Assembly (NCBI GenBank): GCA_039591655.1 | Contig: JBDHDE010000038.1 | Location: forward strand, 1 to 25,747 | DNA from: Gemmatimonadota bacterium | Lineage (GTDB): Bacteria > Gemmatimonadota > Gemmatimonadetes > Gemmatimonadales > GWC2-71-9 | Direction: 5' to 3' | Length of the DNA stretch: 25,747 bases | Shown: one piece after another, positions 1-7,050 of the stretch | Layout: each line of letters begins with the position of its first letter | How positions within the stretch are numbered: the stretch's first letter is position 1 | Translations under genes and position numbers: made by a program | The notes under the pieces: model-generated | What the model was told of the DNA's origin: nothing | The model's input: the letters and a program-made list of their open reading frames with translations, nothing else | The model's database searches: none

Positions 1-2367
1 CACGGAAACGAAACCCAGCCAGCCGCGATAGCGCACATCATTGGGGTGCTCCTCTACGAGACGCTCGAAGACGGCCTCCGTTTCCTCATACCGACCGGCG
101 CGGTACAGCGACTGCCCCAGGCCGTACCGCCGCACGGTCCGCTCGGCCTCGGCCGGCGGCCGGGTCTCGAACCACTCCACCGAGCGCCGGAACATCTCGC
201 GGGCCATCTCCGGATGGCCGTGGGCACGGAGCTCATCGCCAATGTTGCGCAGCTGCCCGCCGGCGGTGCCGAACCAGTCCGCCTGAAGGCCCCGCAGGCG
301 CTCCAGCTTCTCCTCGATCTCGTCCAGGCGGTTCAACCCCACGAGGGCCCGCGCCTCGACGTAGAGCAGGAACGGCTCGTTGGGGTACTGGAGCTGCGCC
401 CGCCGCGCGGCGTCCAGTTCCTCGCCGTACTCCCCCAGCATGTGGTACGAGCCGCACAGCACCGACCAGTACCCGACCCAGCTCCGCATGGCCCCGCGCT
501 CGGGATCGAGACTTTGGAGCCGCTCCACCGCTTCGCGCGGCCGGTTGAGCCATTGCGCTACCAGGGCGAGGTTGTACACCGCCTTGGATCCGGGCGCTAC
601 CTCCACGGCGCTGCTGTACGCCCGATGGGCCTCGCCCATGTCTCCTTTCAGGGAGGCCCGCATCGCCTCGGCCATGTGGTGGTCGTAGGCAGGAAGCCAC
701 TGGGCGCGCTCGATGGCCGCGTCCAGCACGGAATCCGACCGGGCTTCCGCGCCGGGCACATTGGAGAGTGAGAACCCTGCATAGACCAGCGGCACCACGA
801 ACGTAGAGTCGAGCGCAGTGGCGCGCAGCAGGTGCGGCACCGCATCGCTGAACTCGGCACTGAGGTACAGCTTCATGCCCTCGTCGAAGGCTCGATAGGC
901 CTCTAGGGTGGGAGCCACGCCGCCGCCCTGGGCGGACGCCGCCAACCGCTCATCGAGAGACACCGCCAGCAGGCCCATCACCCGCTCCCGCAGGGCCTCG
1001 ATGGCCTCCCGGGCCGCCTCCACCGAACCGCTCACCGGCTCGATGGCGCCCAACACGCTGCCGTCCGCAGCGCTGGTGACTTGCGCCTGGAGGCGGATGG
1101 AATCCCGCTCCACGTAGTAGGTGCCCGCCACGACGGTGCCGGCGCCTGTCTCCTCGGCCAGCGCCCGTACCGGATCGGTCACATGGCCCGCCCCGATCTC
1201 CGCCTCGAGGAAGCGCGACGCCTGGAGCGCCGTGGCCGCGGGCACCACGTCCACGATGCCGGCGCGCTGCAGGCCCTGGGCGATCCAGTCGGCGGCCATG
1301 GTGCCCACCACGTCGAGCGACGGGTCTCCCGACTGGTTCTCGAACACGCCCACCACGACACGATCGGCATCGAGGCCGGGACCGCCCGTGGGCCGAAGCA
1401 GCGCCACCGCCCCCACCGCCACGATCACGACGGCTGCGGCGACCGCGACCGGGACACGGCGCTTCCGGCTGACTGGGGTCACGGCCGGCACCGGCGTAGT
1501 CTGCGTCGGAGTGACGCCGCCGCTGGGCGTCATCAGCGCCTCGAGCTGCGGCAGCAACTCGCCGGCGCTCTGCCACCGGTCCGCGGGCTTCTTCTCCAGA
1601 CAGCGCATCACCAGCCCGGCCAGGGCCGGCGGCACCGCCTGCCGGTGGCTGGTCACCGGCTCCGGCGCCTGGGTCACGTGGGCCGAGAGCACCGACTGAG
1701 GCGTCTCCCCGGTGAACGGCGGCCGCCCGGTGAGGAGCTCGTAGGCCAGGACCCCGATCGCGTAGATGTCGGCCCGCTGGTCGATGTGCGGGTCAGCCGC
1801 CGCCTGCTCCGGCGCCATATAGGCGGGCGTCCCCAGGGCCACGCCGGCGGTGGTGAGCTTCTCCCGGCCCGTCGCCTCGCTCACCGCCTTGGCCACGCCG
1901 AAGTCGGTGACCACGGCGTGGTTCTCGGCCAGCAGCACGTTGTCAGGCTTGATGTCGCGGTGCACCACCCCGTGCTTGTGGGCCGACGCCAGGGCGTCCA
2001 CCACGTCCCGCAGCACCCGCACGGCCTCGTTGATGGGGAGCTCGCCCCGCTGCGCCAGCTTCACCCGGAGGGACTCGCCCTCCACGTAGGGCATCACGTA
2101 ATAGAGGAATCCCTCAGCCTCGCCCGAGTCGATCAGCGTGAGGATGTGGGGATGCTGCAGCCGGGCGGCGATCTCGATCTCACGCAGGAACCGGTCAGTT
2201 CCGAGCGCCGCCGCCAGATCGGGCCGCAGCACCTTCACCGCCACCCTGCGGTGGTGCTTGAGATCACGGGCGAGATACACCGTGGCCATGCCGCCGCTGC
2301 CGATCTCTCCCTCGATGGCATATCGCTCGGACAGGGCGGACTTCAGTCGGTCTACGGTGCTCGCCAC
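1..2367 (-). CDS. Membrane Ser/Thr protein kinase (Hanks type) with TM helix, TolB_N-like domain and TPR region; 3' end lies outside the window
   Basis: Manual translation. GTG start at 2367 with AGGAGG RBS at 2375-2380. N-terminus (V)ASTVDRLKSALSERYAIEGEIGSGGMATVYLARDLKHHRRVAVKVL, then HRDIKPDN, TDFG, GTPAYMAPEQ, TM segment VAVAAAVVIVAVGAVALL, then RVVVGVFENQSGD. The frame is open in the segments I checked and at position 1 (..HPNDVRYRGWLGFVSV), which explains its absence from the ORF track. Confidence 0.93.
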   Translation of the reverse strand, partial: MASTVDRLKSALSERYAIEGEIGSGGMATVYLARDLKHHRRVAVKVLRPDLAAALGTDRFLREIEIAARLQHPHILTLIDSGEAEGFLYYVMPYVEGESLRVKLAQRGELPINEAVRVLRDVVDALASAHKHGVVHRDIKPDNVLLAENHAVVTDFGVAKAVSEATGREKLTTAGVALGTPAYMAPEQAAADPHIDQRADIYAIGVLAYELLTGRPPFTGETPQSVLSAHVTQAPEPVTSHRQAVPPALAGLVMRCLEKKPADRWQSAGELLPQLEALMTPSGGVTPTQTTPVPAVTPVSRKRRVPVAVAAAVVIVAVGAVALLRPTGGPGLDADRVVVGVFENQSGDPSLDVVGTMAADWIAQGLQRAGIVDVVPAATALQASRFLEAEIGAGHVTDPVRALAEETGAGTVVAGTYYVERDSIRLQAQVTSAADGSVLGAIEPVSGSVEAAREAIEALRERVMGLLAVSLDERLAASAQGGGVAPTLEAYRAFDEGMKLYLSAEFSDAVPHLLRATALDSTFVVPLVYAGFSLSNVPGAEARSDSVLDAAIERAQWLPAYDHHMAEAMRASLKGDMGEAHRAYSSAVEVAPGSKAVYNLALVAQWLNRPREAVERLQSLDPERGAMRSWVGYWSVLCGSYHMLGEYGEELDAARRAQLQYPNEPFLLYVEARALVGLNRLDEIEEKLERLRGLQADWFGTAGGQLRNIGDELRAHGHPEMAREMFRRSVEWFETRPPAEAERTVRRYGLGQSLYRAGRYEETEAVFERLVEEHPNDVRYRGWLGFVSV

Positions 2368-2394
2368 GGGAGGGCCTCCTGGGATTCAGCAGCT

Positions 2395-2423
2395 AAAGTA
2401 CGGATCAAGGACAGCGGTAGCCA
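2395..2423 (-). promoter_or_regulatory. Putative sigma70-type promoter of kinase 1 (TGGCTA-N17-TACTTT)
   Basis: Same motif and 17-nt spacing as upstream of the two other kinases. Confidence 0.55.
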
Positions 2424-2507
2424 GGAGCAGCCCAACTTTCACGCATTCTGCAAGAGACGCTCACTGCATACTGCAGGCCGTATGCGCACGCTATGATCGC
2501 GACCGCC

Positions 2508-2523
2508 TGTGAGTGCTGTCACA
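2508..2523. promoter_or_regulatory. CRP/FNR-family binding site (TGTGA-N6-TCACA)
   Basis: TGTGA gtgctg TCACA is a perfect CRP core consensus in a divergent intergenic region. A TAGCTT -10 at 2545-2550 places the site centre at -41.5. Confidence 0.6.
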
Positions 2524-2589
2524 CGCCCACAGCGTCTGCTTCGCTAGCTTAGGACGCGACGAATTGCTAGACCACAAACTCAAGGCCGC

Positions 2590-2964
2590 ATGACCGACAC
2601 CACCCGGGTTCGCCTCAGAACATCCGGGGGGTTCCTGATAGAGTCGGTAGACGTGACCCCCATGGGGGAGGGACGTTACCGCCTCGAGGAACCCCTGGCG
2701 ATGTCCTCCGACATCGCCATGCACGACGTCATCGAGACCCGCGAGGACACCAGCGGCTGCCTCAAGGTCACTCGGGTCGTCGAGTCGGCGGGCTTTCGGC
2801 GACTGGAGTACGATCTCCCCCGGGAGTCGCTGCGATCGGAGCCCGTGCAGAAGAAGCTCTCCGAAGTCGAGCAGCTCGGAGGGAACTGGGTCGTGCTGAT
2901 GGGTGGGATTCTGGTGGTGAACGTGCCGCCCAGCGCCTCCTGGGAACTCTGGGAGGACGGCTAG
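2590..2964 (+). CDS. Hypothetical protein, DUF4265-like
   Basis: 124 aa, fills the gap between flanking genes. The pattern E-x-V..GEGRYRLEEP..DIAMHDVI..VVESAG..ILVVNVP resembles DUF4265 (from memory). Confidence 0.6.
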   Translation: MTDTTRVRLRTSGGFLIESVDVTPMGEGRYRLEEPLAMSSDIAMHDVIETREDTSGCLKVTRVVESAGFRRLEYDLPRESLRSEPVQKKLSEVEQLGGNWVVLMGGILVVNVPPSASWELWEDG

Positions 2965-3001
2965 TCTCAAACAGGGCCCCCAGTCCCCAGGGCGCCCCCC
3001 C

Positions 3002-3772
3002 TTACCCCGCCGGCAGGCTCTTTCCCAACAGCACCCGATCCCGCTGCACCCGGCAGCGCCGGCCCAGGATGCGCACGCCGGCCTTCTTGGCCTCGGCGAG
3101 GGCCTCGGCGAAGTCCAGGTCGATCTCGCGGGCGGCGTGCACCCTGCGGGCGTCGGGACGCTGCACCACGAACAGCACCGCCGCCGACCAGTGGGCGCGC
3201 TTGGCGATGCGGACCAGCTCGCGCACGTGGCGGGCGCCCCGGTTGGTGACGGCGTCGGGGAAGAGCCCCACACCCTCCCGCACCAGGGTCACGCTCTTCA
3301 CCTCTAGGGCCAGGTGCTGCTTACGGCCGCGGCGCAACAGGAAGTCGATCCGCGAGTTCCCGATCCTGGCCTCCGCCTGCTCCAGCCGCCAGCCGGCGAG
3401 CTCTTCGATCGCCCCCTGTTCCAGAGAGACGCGCACCAGGCGGTTGGGCAGCGAGGTGTCCAGCGACACGAGGCCGCCCCCGATGGCCTCCACCAGCACG
3501 GCAGTCCACTCCGTCTTGCGCTCCGGGTTCCGTTTCCCGTCGCGGGCAAGTTCGTTCTCGTGCCGCAGCCAGAGGTGCCGCCCGGGAAGTAGCAGCTCCG
3601 TGAGGCGGCCCGGGTCCGGGAGGTGGGCCGGAACCTCCGTGCCCTCAGGCTCGAGGGTGCAGCGCACCAGGAACCGGTTCGGTCGCTCGAAGAAGCGGGC
3701 GCGGTGGAGCGGGCCGCGGAGCGAGACGGAGGGGACCTTAGCGACGACGCGCTGCTGCGTACGGCTGGACAT
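3002..3772 (-). CDS. sfsA: Sugar fermentation stimulation protein A (PD-(D/E)XK DNA/RNA nuclease fold)
   Basis: RPNRF, AHLPDPGRLTELL, SRIDFLL, LEVKSVTL, FPDAVTNRGARHVREL and VLFVVQRPD are hallmark SfsA motifs. Start is ATG 3772 or TTG 3775. Confidence 0.93.
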   Translation of the reverse strand: MSSRTQQRVVAKVPSVSLRGPLHRARFFERPNRFLVRCTLEPEGTEVPAHLPDPGRLTELLLPGRHLWLRHENELARDGKRNPERKTEWTAVLVEAIGGGLVSLDTSLPNRLVRVSLEQGAIEELAGWRLEQAEARIGNSRIDFLLRRGRKQHLALEVKSVTLVREGVGLFPDAVTNRGARHVRELVRIAKRAHWSAAVLFVVQRPDARRVHAAREIDLDFAEALAEAKKAGVRILGRRCRVQRDRVLLGKSLPAG

Positions 3773-3782
3773 CAAGCCCTCA

Positions 3783-4946
3783 CTACTCGCTTTCCTCCAC
3801 CCCCAGGTAGGTCTGCAGGTCCAGCAGCATCATGTCGAACAGGACTTCCAGCGCGCGCCTCCGGGCCGACGGCGCATTGCGGTGGGCCTCCTTCGTCTCG
3901 CTGGGGAACGGATAGCTGGATCGGTGCAGCACCTCACCGTCGGCGAGATCGATCAACTCCAACGTGCCTCCGGCCCGGGCGTAGTTTATCACCCCGCTTC
4001 CCACCCGCACCGTCTCGGTCGTCTTGCCCTCGGCGTCGATGAGCACGAGGTAGCGGATGCCCTCATTACCGAGGCGCCGCATAAGGACATCGACCGCAGC
4101 GTCACGCAGCCCACCCGTCGCCTCCACCCGCCGCACGTTCCACCCCAGCTCCACCAGGAACGACTCGATGCTCGGGTAGGTCGTCCGCACCTCTCCCGGC
4201 TCCCCGTCCTCCGTCTCCCGAATCACGATGGTGGAACGCACATGCTCGTGGGCCAGCGCCCACAGTTCGTCGATCCGCTCCAGCCACTGGGGCGGCATGC
4301 GCAACGACCTGGTCACACCGGAGAGAATCTCGTACTGCATCACCAGCGCGTCGGTGCGCGCGTTGGCTCGCCCCAGCGCCGCCAGGGCCTCCAGCGGATC
4401 GGCATTCACCAGGACTTCGATCTCCCGGAAGTCGCCCTGCAGGCGCTCCTCCATCCGCGCGATACGCTCCTCGGCCCGGGCCGCCGCGCTCTCCCGATCC
4501 AGCACGCTCAGCACGTACACGCTGTGCGATCCGATCCACTGCCGCACGACCTCGACGCCCTCGAGGTCCAGCTCAGTGGTCTCCTGGGTCGCCACGGCCG
4601 AGATGCGCTGGTAGGACATCTGGCCCCGCAGGTCCTCCTCCCGCACCGAGTCCCGCAGGATCTGAGTCACCCGGCTGCGGATCTGCTTGGCGATGTCGGC
4701 GCGGCTCTGGGCGGTTGCCTGGTCCAGGGCCTCCGTGGGCGTGGCGCCGAGCACCGCCATCCCGAGCCCAAGCAGGTACCGCTCCTGGGGGTACTCCGGG
4801 TCCATCCGGGTGCGGGCCCACCCGGGCACCTGACCGCCCCGGGCGGGCTCCTGACTCACGCCCACGGTCGCCGTCGAGCAAGACAGGCTGAGGGCGCCGC
4901 CCACCGCCAGTGCGGCGAGCGCACGACGCCGCGTGCCCTTGGTCAT
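3783..4946 (-). CDS. LPP20-family lipoprotein with C-terminal extension
   Basis: Lipobox ..ALSLSC. LPP20-like P-x-W..YLLGLG..ALDQATAQSRADIAKQIRSRV segment, then a helical region and an alpha/beta C-terminal domain (YLVLIDAEG..LELIDLADGEVL). Confidence 0.75.
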   Translation of the reverse strand: MTKGTRRRALAALAVGGALSLSCSTATVGVSQEPARGGQVPGWARTRMDPEYPQERYLLGLGMAVLGATPTEALDQATAQSRADIAKQIRSRVTQILRDSVREEDLRGQMSYQRISAVATQETTELDLEGVEVVRQWIGSHSVYVLSVLDRESAAARAEERIARMEERLQGDFREIEVLVNADPLEALAALGRANARTDALVMQYEILSGVTRSLRMPPQWLERIDELWALAHEHVRSTIVIRETEDGEPGEVRTTYPSIESFLVELGWNVRRVEATGGLRDAAVDVLMRRLGNEGIRYLVLIDAEGKTTETVRVGSGVINYARAGGTLELIDLADGEVLHRSSYPFPSETKEAHRNAPSARRRALEVLFDMMLLDLQTYLGVEESE

Positions 4947-4965
4947 GACACGGCTCCCTACGGCT

Positions 4966-5553
4966 CTACCGGTAGCCGCCCTGCTGGTTCCTCCACTCCT
5001 CGTAGCGGGCGATCTCCTCCTCGAGCTCCTCGAACGCCTCGGTGGCGCGGAATCGGGTGTACATGTTCTCCCGCTCCCGAATCTTCGCCATCAGGGCCGT
5101 GCTCGCCTCGCCGATGGGCATCTCCATCAGCACGTACGCGCGGAAGATCGTCCCCTCCCGCAGCACCTCCTGGTCCCGGGCGCGGGTGCCGGTGAGCACC
5201 TCGCTGGTCACCGCCTTGTATGCCTGGGTGAACTGGTCCAGGAGCTCTGCGTCCTCGCCGAGGCCGGTCTCTTCCTGGAACCGCCTGGCAAGCCCCCCGA
5301 ACCGCACATCCAGCTGTTGCGCCAGCTGGTTGCGGCCCTCGGTCTGTGCCTTGTTGATGGCCAGCTGCATGTCCTGCGAGGTCGATGTGGCCGCCCCGAA
5401 GAGGTAGTTGTCGTCCTGCGGCGGCGACAGGTACCAATCGGGGACGTTCTCCACCGGCTCGGGCTCCGGCGGCGCCATCGCCGTCTGCGTCGAGCTGGAG
5501 CACGCCACTGCGAGAACCACCAGGAGTAATGCGGCTGGATGGAACCGTCTCAT
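4966..5553 (-). CDS. LPP20-family lipoprotein
   Basis: Lipobox LAVAC, VPDWY..YLFGAAT..AINKAQTEGRNQLAQQL..FRAYVLM; RBS GGAGGGG upstream. Confidence 0.82.
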   Translation of the reverse strand: MRRFHPAALLLVVLAVACSSSTQTAMAPPEPEPVENVPDWYLSPPQDDNYLFGAATSTSQDMQLAINKAQTEGRNQLAQQLDVRFGGLARRFQEETGLGEDAELLDQFTQAYKAVTSEVLTGTRARDQEVLREGTIFRAYVLMEMPIGEASTALMAKIRERENMYTRFRATEAFEELEEEIARYEEWRNQQGGYR

Positions 5554-5569
5554 GACCCCTCCTTCACGT

Positions 5570-6895
5570 TTAATCCCTGACCTTTACCTTGGACTTATGG
5601 AGGTAACCCTCTCCGCCTCCCATTAGCTGGACGCGGAACCAGTCGCCCTCCTGTGCTACCACCGTGAACGTGACCCCACCCGGCACCTGTACCACCACGC
5701 TACTGGCTTCATCCGGCCGGGCGAAGACCGGCGTCCGCTGCTCTCTCGCTCCCTTCACCTCGACCTGCGTGGCGCTGATGCGGGCGAGATCGGCACCGGT
5801 CACCCGGAACTCGTGCTCCTCAACCACGATACCGATCTGCGCGAGCATGTCCGCAAAGGCGACGTTCCGCTCCACCCGGTCGACGGCATCGCGATACCGC
5901 CCCTCATCGCGCAACTGGTAGGCCATCCCGTAGAACTCCTGCGCCTGGCGATAGTTGCCCACCACCTCGTGCAGGATGCCGATGTTGTACAGCACACGGG
6001 GGTTGTACGGGTCCTGCTCGTAGATCGTCCAGTAGTGGAGGTACGCCTCGTCCACATCCAGATCTTCCGCCGCCTCGGCGGCCTCCTCCCCTGCTTCCGA
6101 GAACTCCCGTGTGGAGATGCGCTCGAGCTCGAACTCCCGCAACTCGAAGTGCGGCGTCACGTAGTTGGCGGCCGCCACCGCGGCCTCGGCAAGGGCCCGC
6201 TCCAGCAACTCGTCCATCGGTGGCACCTCGTCGATGGAGCCGCCGCACTTCTTCTCCTCCACTGGGAGGCGCGCCTCCTCGCTGCCCATGATCTCGGCAG
6301 TCTCGGTGCCCACGACCCGGAACCGCACGTGCACCCTGACCTCGCGCTCCAGACAGGGCTCGGTCTCTCCGGTGAACACGTTGGTGCGGGTGCTGTTCTT
6401 GCTGTTCTGCGTGTGGGTGAGCCCCCCCAACACGATGGCCTGGACCCCCAACAGCCTCCCGAAATCCACCGCGTTGCTCTCGTCCAACAGCTCGGACGCC
6501 TCGAGGCTCTGCTCCTGCATCACCTCCTCCAGGCGGGTGCGCTCCACGATCTGGAAGACGTTGGTGATGGCACCCTCCTGCAACGACTCGCCCTCTCTCC
6601 CGCTGCCCATTCCCAGAAAGCCCGTCTGCAGCCGGTGTATGCCGCGATCGGGCTCCAGCAGCTGGGAGATCAGGTAGTCGGAGAACCGCCTCCCAACACC
6701 CCACCCACCCCGGCCACTGGCGGAAAAGTCGAGCACCGCGATCTGATTCACCCCGGAGAGTATCCGCTCCGGCGGCACCAGCACGAAGACCTTGATCTTC
6801 TTGTAGAGCGCCGTCGCCGGGGAATGAGGCGCCGGCACGAACGCCAGCAGCAACAGCGGGATGAGGAGGCGTGCACTGCGATGTACGATGCGCAT
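5570..6895 (-). CDS. Secreted CsgG/HfaB-fold protein with TPR and C-terminal SH3b domain
   Basis: Signal peptide without lipobox Cys. IAVLDF and FQIVERTRLEEVMQEQSL..GRLLGVQAIVLG (CsgG/TolB_N fold). TPR YNPRVLYNIGILHEVVGNYRQAQEFYGMA. SH3b VFARP..GVTFTVVAQEGDWFRVQL..GYLHKS. RBS GGAGG. Confidence 0.85.
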   Translation of the reverse strand: MRIVHRSARLLIPLLLLAFVPAPHSPATALYKKIKVFVLVPPERILSGVNQIAVLDFSASGRGGWGVGRRFSDYLISQLLEPDRGIHRLQTGFLGMGSGREGESLQEGAITNVFQIVERTRLEEVMQEQSLEASELLDESNAVDFGRLLGVQAIVLGGLTHTQNSKNSTRTNVFTGETEPCLEREVRVHVRFRVVGTETAEIMGSEEARLPVEEKKCGGSIDEVPPMDELLERALAEAAVAAANYVTPHFELREFELERISTREFSEAGEEAAEAAEDLDVDEAYLHYWTIYEQDPYNPRVLYNIGILHEVVGNYRQAQEFYGMAYQLRDEGRYRDAVDRVERNVAFADMLAQIGIVVEEHEFRVTGADLARISATQVEVKGAREQRTPVFARPDEASSVVVQVPGGVTFTVVAQEGDWFRVQLMGGGEGYLHKSKVKVRD

Positions 6896-6998
6896 GGTTA
6901 CCTCCGCGCCAGCAGCACCTACTCAAGGGATAAGTCCAAGATATGCCAGGCTCCCGCCGCCGCCAGGCTGCTCCTTGCCGCTGGCCCCGCGCCTAAGA

Positions 6999-7050
6999 GG
7001 GCGCGCCCCGAAACCTCCGAGGCGCGCCCGAATCCCCCAAGCGAAGGGGG
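6999..7050 (-). terminator. Two GC-rich hairpins directly after the S8 protease stop (possible terminator or mRNA-stabilising stems)
   Basis: Minus strand CCCCC-TTCGCTT-GGGGG (7034-7050) and GGGCGCGCCTCG-GAGGTTT-CGGGGCGCGCCC (6999-7029). The U-tail is short (TCTT). Confidence 0.5.

Noticed and set aside
46..2496. Plus-strand ORFs 46..771 and 1081..2496
   Set aside because: Codon-register antisense shadows of the real minus-strand kinase
3069..5195. 708-aa plus-strand ORF
   Set aside because: Antisense shadow of sfsA and the LPP20 genes; low-complexity R/P/S-rich translation with no motifs
5570..6895. Calling this a curli secretion operon (csgG)
   Set aside because: No lipobox, extra TPR and SH3 domains, and no curlin-repeat or csgE/F genes in the window
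6938..6965. Sigma54 promoter reading of the TGGC motifs
   Set aside because: No TTGC at the -12 position after any of the TGGC elements
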